NCBI GenBank assembly: GCA_004558975.1 | Contig: SFZB01000003.1 | Location: forward strand, 1-61,629 | DNA length: 61,629 nucleotides | Reading direction: 5' to 3' | Origin: a bacterium | GTDB lineage: Bacteria > Bacillota > Clostridia > Oscillospirales > CAG-272 | Part shown: one piece after another, positions 28,232 through 37,372 of the stretch | How the letters are laid out: every line of letters starts with the position of its first letter | How positions within the stretch are numbered: position 1 is the first letter of the stretch | Position numbers and translations under genes: made by a program | The notes under the pieces: generated by a model | Database searches by the model: none | Seen by the model: only the letters and a program-made list of their open reading frames with translations | Told to the model about the DNA's origin: nothing

Positions 28232-29404
28232 ATGGAAGAACAGACGAATGCTCCGGCATCCGAACGCGGGTTCCGCGCCTTTTTGAAACGAAAACAAATC
28301 GAGATTTCCCCGAAACGCTATTTCATCGACGCGATGGGCTCCATGGCGCTCGCACTCTTCGCGACGCTGCTGATGAGCTCCATTCTCGGTACGCTCGGCG
28401 ACCTGATTTTCGGCGCGGCGTCCAAGACCGACTTTTTGCATGTCATCAAGACCTACGCCGCGCAGGCGACCGGCATGGCAATCGGGGCGGCGATTGCGTA
28501 CAACCTCAAGGGCTCGCCGCTCGTCATCTTCTCGGCGACCGTCGTCGGGGCGCTCTCCAATTCCTACGCCTTCCCGGGGCTTGCGTCCGACCCTGCACGC
28601 TTCGCCGGGGTGCCGTATCTCGGCGATATGAAATTCGCGGCGGGACCTGCCGGTGTGTTCTTCGTCGTCATCATCGCGACCGAGGTCGGGAAGATGGTGT
28701 CCAAGGAGACAAAGGTCGATATCCTCGTGACCCCGCTCACCGTCCTGCTCTCCGGCTTTCTCGCTTCGTTCCTCATTTGCCCGCTCGTCGCTTTCGTCAT
28801 GTACTGGGTGATGGAGTTCATCGGGCTCGCGACGGCGTTTGTGCCGCTGCTCATGGGGGCGGTCGTCGCCGTCATCGTCGGCATGATTCTGACCCTCCCG
28901 ATCTCCTCCGCCGCCATCTGCGCCTCGATCTTTGCCGCCGGCATGATCGCGGAGTCCTCTCGCCCCGAGAGCCTGTATCTCGCCGCGGGTGCCGCATGTG
29001 TCGGATGCTGCTGTCAGATGGTGGGCTTCGCCGCCGCCTCCTTCCGTGAGAACCGCTGGGGCGGGCTCGTCGCGCAGGGGCTCGGCACCTCCATGCTCCA
29101 GATGGGGAATATCTGCAAGAATCCGCGCATCTGGATCGCGCCGACCGTCGCGTCCGCCATCTCCGGCGCGCTGTCCACGACCGTGTTCCGCCTCCGCTGT
29201 GTCGGGCTCTCCGCCGGTATGGGTACCTGCGGGCTCGTCGGCCCGATCGGGCTGTTCCAGGCGGCAGAGACGCATGACGTGCGTTTCTGGCTCGGGCTCG
29301 TGCTCCTGTGCTTTGTCGTGCCCGTCGTGGTGTCCGTCGGGCTGGATCTCCTCTTCCGCCGTATCGGCTGGGTGAAGGACGGCGATCAGAAACTCGCCCT
29401 GTGA
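28232..29404 (+). CDS. polytopic membrane protein, probably PTS EIIC-like (PTS_EIIC_2-type) permease
   Basis: About 390 aa with about 10 helices. The motif GTSMLQMGNICKNPRIW resembles stand-alone EIIC_2-family proteins as I recall them. Start at ATG 28232 with RBS gaggagag. Confidence 0.5.
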   Translation: MEEQTNAPASERGFRAFLKRKQIEISPKRYFIDAMGSMALALFATLLMSSILGTLGDLIFGAASKTDFLHVIKTYAAQATGMAIGAAIAYNLKGSPLVIFSATVVGALSNSYAFPGLASDPARFAGVPYLGDMKFAAGPAGVFFVVIIATEVGKMVSKETKVDILVTPLTVLLSGFLASFLICPLVAFVMYWVMEFIGLATAFVPLLMGAVVAVIVGMILTLPISSAAICASIFAAGMIAESSRPESLYLAAGAACVGCCCQMVGFAAASFRENRWGGLVAQGLGTSMLQMGNICKNPRIWIAPTVASAISGALSTTVFRLRCVGLSAGMGTCGLVGPIGLFQAAETHDVRFWLGLVLLCFVVPVVVSVGLDLLFRRIGWVKDGDQKLAL

Positions 29405-29510
29405 TTCGTACCGTAGGAAGGCACGCGACGTTGTATGCCGTCGCCGACAGGAGACGCTCTTCCTGAAAGAAACCATCAATGGAGGCTTTTCGGCCTTATT
29501 GAAACATAAA

Positions 29511-29550
29511 AATATCCCCGCCCGGGTTTCTCGCTCCGGGCGGGGATATT
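29511..29550. terminator. bidirectional terminator hairpin (convergent gap)
   Basis: aatatccccgcccgg-10 nt-ccgggcggggatatt. Confidence 0.6.
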
Positions 29551-29642
29551 GATTTGCGGGGTTATTTGTTTATTGATGGATAGGAATCCGATTGTGCCGA
29601 CCCGCGTCACGGGCATTTCGTTTCCGCCGTCGATGCGGCGGT

Positions 29643-31247
29643 TTAGCCGAGGCGCTGGAAGATGCCGTCGCCGTTTTTCACAATGTGCCGGTACAGGACG
29701 ATCGTGACGGCAAACGGAATGACGGCGGCGAGTGCCATGCCGAGCACGGCATTCCTCGTGAGGATGCCGATGACGATGCCGGGCGCCATCGCCATAATAC
29801 CGCCGACCGTGGTAATGAGCATGGTGAAGCCGACGGCGCCCGATTGCTTGAGAACCTGCGTCTCATCCGTGAAGTCGAAGCGCGGGAGCGCGAGGTTCAT
29901 CGAGAGCCCGATGACCGCCGTCGCCGCGTTATAAATCTGCGGAACGAGCAGCAGGGCAACGACAGCTCCCGGGGTGGGGCGGATCGCGATGGCACAGGTG
30001 ATGCTCGCGATGAGCGTCAGCGGCGCGGAAAGAACCATATGGGGAATCAGTTTCGCTTCAAGGACGGTGTGACCCGGGAGAGGGAGGGACTGGAGCAGGT
30101 AAATGTTCTGCCCCTCCATGGACACCGCCGATGCCGTAAACAGCGTCATGCTCGAAAGGAACGCGAGCAGTCCGGCGGCGACCGCCGCAATGAGATCGAC
30201 GGGGATGCCCTCGGCGGCAAACTCCGACATCGGGATAAAGAAAACACCGATGGCAAGAACCAGTGTCAGGAGCATGCCCATACCGCCGTTGAGCATATAG
30301 GCGGAACTGCTGACGATGCGTCGGAACTCATTTCTGATGAGTGCCGAACGCTGGGAGCCGGCGCGTTGTGCCTTCGCGTGGTAGACGGCCTTGACACTGC
30401 CTTTCTGTCTCGTCGCGAGAGACAGGAAGGTCGCCGAGAGGATCCGTACCAGAATCGCGAAGGGGATCAGCATGAAGGCGATATAGACGAAGAGCCATGC
30501 GAAGTTGCCGCCCGCCGCCGCGATACCGAAAGCGCGGAAGGGGAAGAACAGCGCCCCGCTGAGCCCGTCGGCAAGTTTCAGCGTCATTTCTTCGGTCATG
30601 GTGACACCGCCGCCGAGTTTCATACAGCCGAACAGGTAGATGACGAAGATGCCGGCACCGAGGACGGTGGAGACGATCGCCGGGTTCTTCATACGGGAGG
30701 TGACAAGATAGAGAAGCCAGCCGACGAAACTGGAGAGCGCGAGCGAAAGCCCGGGCATACAGATAACGCCGATGAGGAAGGCGAGAATGCCTGTGACGCT
30801 CGCGTGCCCGAGAATGCACCAGACCACGATCGCGGGCAGGACGATGATGACCTCGAAGAGGTAGTCCGTCAGCACGATCATCAGCATACGGGAGAGCAGA
30901 ATATCGCGGGGGCGGATCGGCAGGGAAAGCAGAGATTCGTTGTCTTTCGCCTCGAAAAGCTGGCTTTTCGCCGTGAAAATCGTAAAGATGAAGTCGACAA
31001 GAAACACGAGCGTCGCGAGCACGGCAAAGAAGAGCCATGCGTTTTCCGTCCCGCCGACGAGGGAGCCGAGACTGTAGAAGAACATGCCCGACATCCCCAT
31101 AAAGACGACAGCGCAGTAGGCAAGCAGAACGCCGAGCAGAATCATACTGCCGCGGCTGCGCGGCTTGTCAGCCCCTTTTTTGGAGCGGCGATTGCCGAGG
31201 GAGGAGAAGAACTGAGCGAATTGCAGTTTCAGTAGCGTTTTCAGCAT
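29643..31247 (-). CDS. large ABC-exporter permease (putative-ABC-exporter type)
   Basis: 534 aa with 12 or more hydrophobic helices. The ATG lies 3 nt after the stop of the upstream ABC ATPase. Confidence 0.75.
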   Translation of the reverse strand: MLKTLLKLQFAQFFSSLGNRRSKKGADKPRSRGSMILLGVLLAYCAVVFMGMSGMFFYSLGSLVGGTENAWLFFAVLATLVFLVDFIFTIFTAKSQLFEAKDNESLLSLPIRPRDILLSRMLMIVLTDYLFEVIIVLPAIVVWCILGHASVTGILAFLIGVICMPGLSLALSSFVGWLLYLVTSRMKNPAIVSTVLGAGIFVIYLFGCMKLGGGVTMTEEMTLKLADGLSGALFFPFRAFGIAAAGGNFAWLFVYIAFMLIPFAILVRILSATFLSLATRQKGSVKAVYHAKAQRAGSQRSALIRNEFRRIVSSSAYMLNGGMGMLLTLVLAIGVFFIPMSEFAAEGIPVDLIAAVAAGLLAFLSSMTLFTASAVSMEGQNIYLLQSLPLPGHTVLEAKLIPHMVLSAPLTLIASITCAIAIRPTPGAVVALLLVPQIYNAATAVIGLSMNLALPRFDFTDETQVLKQSGAVGFTMLITTVGGIMAMAPGIVIGILTRNAVLGMALAAVIPFAVTIVLYRHIVKNGDGIFQRLG

Positions 31248-31250
31248 GGC

Positions 31251-31976
31251 TCAGCCCTCGCTCCCGGCACCCTCGTCGACGAGTTCGAGGAAGGCGTCCT
31301 CGAGGCTCTCATCGCCCTTGACCTCCTCGGTCGTACCGGCGCGGAGCAGTTCGCCGTGCTTGATGATGGCAATCTTGTCGCACAGGCGCTCTGCCACATC
31401 GAGGACATGCGTCGAGAAGAAAATGGCGCCGCCACGCTCGCAGTGTTCGCGCATCATGGTCTTCAGCAGGTGAGACGCCTGCGGGTCGAGCCCGACGAAC
31501 GGTTCATCCATGAGGATCAGGCGGGGTTCGTGCATGAATGCCGCGATCAGCGCAAGACGCTGTTTCATACCGTGCGAGTAGCCGGAGACCTGTTGCGCGA
31601 GCGCCCCCGTGAGTTCAAACTTCTCGGCGAGGGTAGCGATCCGCTCGCTCCGGACGTCGGCAGGGATCGCGAACACGTCCGCGATGAACTGCAGGTACTT
31701 GATACCGGTGAGGAAGGGATAGAGCTCCGGGTTGTCGGGCAGATAGGCAATGATCTTCTTGACGGCGAGAGGATTCTCGCGGATCGAAAGACCGTTGATG
31801 TAAATTTCGCCCTCGTCCGGGGCGAGGATTCCGGCACACGCCTTGAGGGTCGTGGTCTTACCGGCGCCGTTGTGCCCGATGAATCCGTAGATCTCACCCG
31901 GCGCAATATGGAGCGAGAGATCGTGGACGGCGACGGTGTCGCCGAAGCGCTTGGTATAATGTTCGATTCTGAGCAT
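31251..31976 (-). CDS. ABC transporter ATP-binding protein (ABC-2 subfamily)
   Basis: Walker A GHNGAGKTT, signature YSHGMKQR, Walker B LILMDEP. Confidence 0.9.
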   Translation of the reverse strand: MLRIEHYTKRFGDTVAVHDLSLHIAPGEIYGFIGHNGAGKTTTLKACAGILAPDEGEIYINGLSIRENPLAVKKIIAYLPDNPELYPFLTGIKYLQFIADVFAIPADVRSERIATLAEKFELTGALAQQVSGYSHGMKQRLALIAAFMHEPRLILMDEPFVGLDPQASHLLKTMMREHCERGGAIFFSTHVLDVAERLCDKIAIIKHGELLRAGTTEEVKGDESLEDAFLELVDEGAGSEG

Positions 31977-32024
31977 AGTCTGATCTCCTGGCGTTTGATT
32001 GAAATTGTGTGAAAAAACAGTCTG

Positions 32025-33059
32025 TCAGTCTTTGCCCTCAAAATAGGAGAGAGGGGTCGAGTAGCAGTAGGCGCCGCCTGTGAATTTCCCGAATTTATAG
32101 GTATTGCAGGCGGATTCGTTCATGACATACAGTTTCCCGTTCAAAATCAGCGGCTCTTCCGCCATGGGCGGGAGTGAGGCGCGTTTGACGAGTGCCGTGT
32201 CGTCGAGGGCGTAGCAGGGGAGCGTCACGCCGAGGACGGTGACGTCCTCTGTGCGCCGGATCTTCGCGGTATCATAGATATAGAGGGAAGAATGCGCGAG
32301 CGCCCACGAGGCGGTGACATAGATCCTGCCCTCCGAGACGGCGAATCCTTGCGCGAGGTCGGGCAGGGAATAAGCCGATACCGGCGTCGTCGAGACACCG
32401 ATCGCGGACGTTCCGTCGAGCGGATAGACCAGAGCGAGCGCGCGCTGCGTCGCGCCCGAGGGGCAAGTAACATAGTGATTCTCCGGCGTCTCATAGTTAC
32501 CGGGGCGGTAGAACTCGCCGACGATCAGATTCCCGTCCGAGACCTGCAGGAAGGCGGGACCGAGGTGATCGTCCTTGTTCGCTTCCAGATAGCAGGAGAG
32601 ACTGCCGACCGCGGTGATGGCGCCGCCGTCCTGCGTCTTTTCGAGATCTGCGCGCGCAAACACATGGACGGTCGCGTCCGAGCCGCCCGCAAGGTACACA
32701 AAGTCACCGCCGACCGCGATTCCTCCGGCGTGCCCTGTATAAGCGGTACCGTCCGCGAGCGTGTAGTGGAGTGTCTTTTGCAGTTTCCCGTCGTCGCCGA
32801 CCAGGTACAGGGGCGACTGTCTGCCCGCCTTGTCATACCCGGTGACAAGATAAGTGTTTCGCTCGGTGTCGTAGTCGATCCCCTGCGGGACGAATCCGTC
32901 GCCGAGGCCGGGAATCTTGAACGCGCGTTCCGACTTGTGATAATACCCGAGGTGCGGCAGGCGCACATAAGCGCGCACACCGAGGACGAGAAGCAGCGGA
33001 ATGAGGATAAGGACGGCGATGACCGCCGTCAAGATACGGGCTTTACGGCTCAGTTTCAT
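32025..33059 (-). CDS. hypothetical membrane-anchored extracytoplasmic protein
   Basis: 344 aa. The N-terminal anchor ILTAVIAVLILIPLLLVLGV is followed by a beta-rich region with G/Y/D-rich strands. It is the first gene of the ABC operon. RBS tggagg. Confidence 0.7.
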   Translation of the reverse strand: MKLSRKARILTAVIAVLILIPLLLVLGVRAYVRLPHLGYYHKSERAFKIPGLGDGFVPQGIDYDTERNTYLVTGYDKAGRQSPLYLVGDDGKLQKTLHYTLADGTAYTGHAGGIAVGGDFVYLAGGSDATVHVFARADLEKTQDGGAITAVGSLSCYLEANKDDHLGPAFLQVSDGNLIVGEFYRPGNYETPENHYVTCPSGATQRALALVYPLDGTSAIGVSTTPVSAYSLPDLAQGFAVSEGRIYVTASWALAHSSLYIYDTAKIRRTEDVTVLGVTLPCYALDDTALVKRASLPPMAEEPLILNGKLYVMNESACNTYKFGKFTGGAYCYSTPLSYFEGKD

Positions 33060-33124
33060 GGGACAATGCCTCCATAGAATCAGGGAATGGAAACAGGGTT
33101 GTCAGATCCCGGGTGTTTCATGCT

Positions 33125-33153
33125 ATTTTAGCACATTTTGTGGAAAATAACAA
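33125..33153 (-). promoter_or_regulatory. promoter of the hypothetical/ABC operon (TTGTTA-17-TGcTAAAAT)
   Basis: -35 at 33148-33153 and -10 at 33125-33130, with TG at 33132-33133. Confidence 0.55.
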
Positions 33154-33192
33154 GAGGGCGTTTCCGCCCGAGGGGACATCTTGTTGCGCTAC

Positions 33193-33269
33193 GGAAACGA
33201 GAGGGAAACGAGAGGGAAACGAGAGGGAAACGAGAGGGAAACGAGAGGAAAACGAGAGGGAAACGAGAG
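33193..33269. repeat. tandem repeat, 7 x 11 bp (GGAAACGAGAG; unit 6 is GAAAACGAGAG)
   Basis: Counted directly. It lies 40-116 bp upstream of the -35 box of the minus-strand promoter at 33125-33153. Confidence 0.95.
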
Positions 33270-33335
33270 GACGCCGGGCAGGCAAAACCGCGAATCCGGC
33301 GGTGACGCGAATGGTAAACGTAAAAAGGCAGGATA

Positions 33336-33370
33336 AAAAAGAGCCCCGCCTTGTGGTGCGGGGCTCTTTT
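33336..33370 (-). terminator. intrinsic terminator after the 33439-34440 gene
   Basis: aaaaa-gagccccgc-cttgtggt-gcggggctc-tttt. T-rich on both strands. Confidence 0.75.
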
Positions 33371-33438
33371 GCGGTGTCGGGGGCACAAAAGCGCGCACCC
33401 CGGGGGTATACTTCCGAATAAAACGATTGTTTTTGCGC

Positions 33439-34440
33439 TTACGCGTTTGCCGTAGCCGCCTGTGCGTGCTTGATCTCCGTATCTTCGGCGGCGAACTCGA
33501 CGAAGAGTTGGACGAGGAGCATGAAGGCAATCGGGACGAGGCAGAACAGCGTCGCCGCCGTGCCGGTCAGACCCATGAGATCGATCAGGGCGGGGGTCAG
33601 CACGAGGAGTGCCAGAGAACCGATACCCGAGAAGATACGACCGATAAAACGCGTCACGAGTGCACCGCGGGTCTCGGAGGCAGAGAACTTCTCGCCCGTG
33701 TGGCAGACGGAGCGGCGGCAGACCGTCGCAATCAGCCCTGCGAGCAGCGCGAGGACAACCGCGGCACCGGTAAGGATACCGAAATCTTTCAGCGCGTCTG
33801 TGCCGAAAGCAAAATTCTCGAAACTCGGCAGAATGGCGGAGAGGGTGTCATACGCGGGGGAGGTGATGAGGTCAGCCCGCACCAGCGTGAGAAGCAACGA
33901 ACCGAGGAAGGTCATGCCGAAGAGCGCGTGCCAGGCAGAGGAGAGACGCATCCGATAGGCGCCGGATACGATGAGGTAGAGCGGCACGAACACGAGCGCG
34001 GCGTACTGCGCAATCGCGAGAATCGACTCTGCAGAGTAGAACACGTCGATAAAAGCCGCTGCCGACAGCCAGGTCGGGAAGATAAATCCGAGGAGCCCCG
34101 CCGCGAGCGGAACACTGCAGATAAGCCCGTAGAGCCCCTGCGTCAGATAGGCATCGGGGAAGAGAAGCCCCCAGAGCAGGAACAGCGCCTCCACCAGCAT
34201 CACGACCGGAATGAAAGAGATGCGCGCAGTCGTCCCGATGAGGTCGGCGAGCGGGCTCACAAGCCCGAAAGCGGCAACACCCGCGAGCAGAACAATCATC
34301 AGCGCCCGTACCACGACGGAAAACACTTTGTTTTTCCGCGGCATCAGCATCGCGACGAGCAAGAGGATGACGGGGATACATACCAAAGCGAGACGATCGG
34401 TAAGCTCCATTTGATTCATGGCGTTCAGAGAAAAGAACAT
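33439..34440 (-). CDS. hypothetical polytopic membrane protein
   Basis: 333 aa from ATG 34440 (RBS gggaaggag, 7-nt spacing), with about 9 hydrophobic helices. No recognisable motif. Confidence 0.65.
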   Translation of the reverse strand: MFFSLNAMNQMELTDRLALVCIPVILLLVAMLMPRKNKVFSVVVRALMIVLLAGVAAFGLVSPLADLIGTTARISFIPVVMLVEALFLLWGLLFPDAYLTQGLYGLICSVPLAAGLLGFIFPTWLSAAAFIDVFYSAESILAIAQYAALVFVPLYLIVSGAYRMRLSSAWHALFGMTFLGSLLLTLVRADLITSPAYDTLSAILPSFENFAFGTDALKDFGILTGAAVVLALLAGLIATVCRRSVCHTGEKFSASETRGALVTRFIGRIFSGIGSLALLVLTPALIDLMGLTGTAATLFCLVPIAFMLLVQLFVEFAAEDTEIKHAQAATANA

Positions 34441-34583
34441 GACTGTACTCCTTCCCGACAGAAAAAATGATAGTAAAGACATTTTATTGAATTGTAACAC
34501 GCCTGCGCGCGAATGTCAATCTTTTCTGGGCAAATTCCCCACGCGGCGTCCGAAAACGACGATTTTAATGCCTTTTTTCGCCG

Positions 34584-36683
34584 TTATCGCACACCGAAGG
34601 TGAGTTCTCCGTATGTCGGCACGGGCCATGCGTCGATGGCGGTGTACTCCTCCATGGCGTCGACCGTATGGCGGAGCGCCTCCATTGTCGGGATCACGCG
34701 TTCCTTGAAAGCGATAGCGGACGCCTCCGCGTCGGGCAGGCTCGCCGCCGCCGCTGCCTCTGCCTTAAGGTTCTCGGTTTCGGAGAACGCTTCTTCGGCG
34801 AGGTCGGAGAGGCGGGTGATGAGCGTCTTTTCCATGTGACAGGCGGCGCCCACGGACGACTTCTTCGCCGCCATGACGTCTGACAGGGTGCGGATATAGT
34901 CATTGACGGCGGGAATATAGTCCTTCATCGCCATGTCGATCATGGTGCAGGCCTCAATGTTGAGGATTTTCTCGTAGTTTTCAAACAGGATTGCGCGTCG
35001 GGAGGCGAGTTCCGTGCGGCTCATGACGCCGTGCGCCTCGAAGAGCCGCACATTCTTTTCGTCCGTGAGGCAGGGGAACACGTCGACCGAGGTCGGGAAG
35101 TTGCGGAGCCCGCGGCGTGCCGCCTCTTCCGCCCATTCCTGCGAGTAGCCGTTGCCGTTGAAGATGATGCGCGCATGCGCGCTCAGTTCCCGGCGCAGGA
35201 GTGCACGCACGGCGGCGGTGAAGTCCGGGGCGCCCTCGAGCTCGTCGGCATAGCGCCGGAGGCTCTCCGCCACGGCGGTGTTGAGGACGATGTTCGGCAT
35301 CGCGATATTCTGCGAGGAGCCGACCATGCGAAATTCAAACTTGTTCCCCGTAAAGGCAAAGGGGCTGGTGCGGTTGCGGTCGGTTGTGTCGCGCAGGAAG
35401 GTCGGGATCGAGGGGGAGTGCAGATCCACATAGGAGCGCTGTACGTCGCGATGCTCCTCTCCGGCGATGATGGCGTCGACGACGCGCGTCAGGTCGTCGC
35501 CGAGGAAGACGGAGACGATGGCGGGGGGCGCCTCGTTCGCACCCAGACGGTGGTCGTTCGATGCGGACGCGACGGACAGGCGCAGAAGATCCTGATAGTC
35601 GTCGACGGCAGAGATGACCGCGGTCAGGAACAGGAGAAATTGCAGATTCTCCGCCGGTTTCTTGCCGGGCTTCGTGAGGTTTTTACCCGTGTCGGTCGAG
35701 AGCGACCAGTTGTTATGTTTGCCGGAGCCGTTGATGCCGGCGAACGGTTTTTCGTGGAGCAGGCAGACCATGCCGTGCCGCTCCGCGACGTGCTTCATCG
35801 TCTCCATCATCAAAAGGTTCTGATCGATGGCGAGATTCGCCGATGTATAGACGGGCGCGAGCTCGTGCTGGGAGGGGGCGACCTCGTTGTGCTTGGTCTT
35901 GGCGGGAATGCCGAGCTCCCAGAGTTCGCGGTCGAGCTCCGCCATGAAGGCGCCGACGCGCGTCTTCAGCGGACCGTAATAATGGTCGTCGAGCTGCTGC
36001 CCCTTCGGGGCGGGGGCGCCGAACAGCGTCCTGCCTGTATAGAATAGGTCGCGCCGTGCGTCAAACTGCTCTTTGTCGATGAGGAAATACTCCTGCTCCG
36101 CACCGACCGAGGTGTCGACCCGCATCGTTTCGGTATCGCCGAACAGGCGCAGGATCCGCACTGCCTCGCGGGACAGAGTGTCGATCGAGCGGATGAGGGG
36201 CGTCTTGGTATCGAGCGCCTCGCCCGTGTAGGAGCAGAAAACGGTCGGAATGTAGAGCGACCCGTCCTTGACGTAGGTGAAGGAGGCGGGATCCCACGCC
36301 GTGTAGCCGCGCGCCTCAAACGTCGCGCGCAAGCCGCCGGAGGGGAAAGAAGACGCGTCCGATTCTCCCTTGATGAGCTCTTTCCCCGAAAATTCGAGGA
36401 TGACGCGACTGCGGGAGACGGGGGTCAGGAACGCCTCGTGCTTTTCCGCCGTGACGCCGGTGAGGGGCTGGAACCAGTGCGTATAGTGGGTCGCCCCCTG
36501 CTCGATCGCCCAGTCCTTCATCGCCGCGGCGACCACGTCTGCGATGCCGGGGTCGAGCTCCGACCCGGTCGCGATGGTGGCGGCAATGGAGCGGTAGACG
36601 CCGTCCGGCAGGCGTTCTTTCATGACCTCGTCGTTGAATACCCGGCAACCGAAGCGCTCCGGGATAAAGTCAAAATCGGACAT
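34584..36683 (-). CDS. glnN: glutamine synthetase, type III
   Basis: 699 aa from ATG 36683. Starts MSDFDFIPERFGCRVFND...THYTHWFQPLTG, the N-terminus characteristic of GSIII. The catalytic region contains NGSGKHNNWS. Confidence 0.9.
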   Translation of the reverse strand: MSDFDFIPERFGCRVFNDEVMKERLPDGVYRSIAATIATGSELDPGIADVVAAAMKDWAIEQGATHYTHWFQPLTGVTAEKHEAFLTPVSRSRVILEFSGKELIKGESDASSFPSGGLRATFEARGYTAWDPASFTYVKDGSLYIPTVFCSYTGEALDTKTPLIRSIDTLSREAVRILRLFGDTETMRVDTSVGAEQEYFLIDKEQFDARRDLFYTGRTLFGAPAPKGQQLDDHYYGPLKTRVGAFMAELDRELWELGIPAKTKHNEVAPSQHELAPVYTSANLAIDQNLLMMETMKHVAERHGMVCLLHEKPFAGINGSGKHNNWSLSTDTGKNLTKPGKKPAENLQFLLFLTAVISAVDDYQDLLRLSVASASNDHRLGANEAPPAIVSVFLGDDLTRVVDAIIAGEEHRDVQRSYVDLHSPSIPTFLRDTTDRNRTSPFAFTGNKFEFRMVGSSQNIAMPNIVLNTAVAESLRRYADELEGAPDFTAAVRALLRRELSAHARIIFNGNGYSQEWAEEAARRGLRNFPTSVDVFPCLTDEKNVRLFEAHGVMSRTELASRRAILFENYEKILNIEACTMIDMAMKDYIPAVNDYIRTLSDVMAAKKSSVGAACHMEKTLITRLSDLAEEAFSETENLKAEAAAAASLPDAEASAIAFKERVIPTMEALRHTVDAMEEYTAIDAWPVPTYGELTFGVR

Positions 36684-36772
36684 ATGGTTTCCTTTCTGAT
36701 TGTGAGGGAATAGCGCGCCCCAATACCGCGCCGGGGGGCAGTGCCGATGGAGACGCGGCATCACTTCCGCGT

Positions 36773-37372
36773 TCAGAACCCGGCGCGCCAGAGTGCGCGC
36801 CGGACTTCCTCGGGCGAGAGCCCGAGGGCTTCCTGCTTCTCGCGGAAGCGCCGTTTGTTTTCTTCAAAGTCCGCGTCACCCGCATCGATCGCAGCGTCAA
36901 TGGCGCGTGTGACGGTCGCGCCGGGATAGCCGCGGCTGACGAGATAGGCGTGGGTCTTGCGGCGGCTCCAGCCCTTGCCGGCACAGCGGGCGGCAAGCCG
37001 CTCCGCATTGTCCGCCTCTCTGAGATAGCCGAGGTTTTCCACCTCGTCGAGCGCCGCGCGGGCGGCGGTGTCGCTATGCCCTTTGCGGCGGAGCTTGCAA
37101 TAGAGGTTCCGTCGGCTCTCGTCCCCCCGGGCGAGCGACCCGAGGGCGGAGGCAAGCGCGCGGCGCTCCGCCACGTGGGCAAGGAGCGCCTCCGTTTCTT
37201 CCTCCGTCAGGAGATACCCGACGGCAGGGGAGCCGAGTGCAAGGTAGAACCGTTCCGCCACGGGGTAGGCGCGGGAGCCCTCCTCCGAGCGCACGACGAG
37301 GGTCAGGCGGCCGGGGGTCGCGCCGTGGCGGATGGCGAGAAGCGTGCCGGGGGTGGCGTCCTCACTCCGCAT
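36773..37372 (-). CDS. recX: RecX-like regulatory protein
   Basis: 199-aa helical-repeat protein. It overlaps the recA stop by 11 nt. Confidence 0.75.
   Translation of the reverse strand: MRSEDATPGTLLAIRHGATPGRLTLVVRSEEGSRAYPVAERFYLALGSPAVGYLLTEEETEALLAHVAERRALASALGSLARGDESRRNLYCKLRRKGHSDTAARAALDEVENLGYLREADNAERLAARCAGKGWSRRKTHAYLVSRGYPGATVTRAIDAAIDAGDADFEENKRRFREKQEALGLSPEEVRRALWRAGF

Noticed and set aside
28181-31235. A 432-aa minus-strand ORF (28181-29479) and a 547-aa plus-strand ORF (29592-31235), both very rich in R/D/E/G/H.
   Set aside because: They are antisense to the EIIC-like permease and the ABC permease. The sense frames of those genes give coherent transmembrane helices. The antisense frames give charged low-complexity strings.
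33113-33530. ORFs reading through the 11-bp repeat: a 102-aa plus-strand ORF (...ETRGKREGNERETRGKRE...) and 86-aa and 113-aa minus-strand ORFs. The same question applies to 7493-7846 (LLFDLLFDLLFD) and the N-terminus of 50784-51959.
   Set aside because: The periodic peptide is just the repeat translated. There is no RBS. The regions are otherwise occupied by terminators and promoters.
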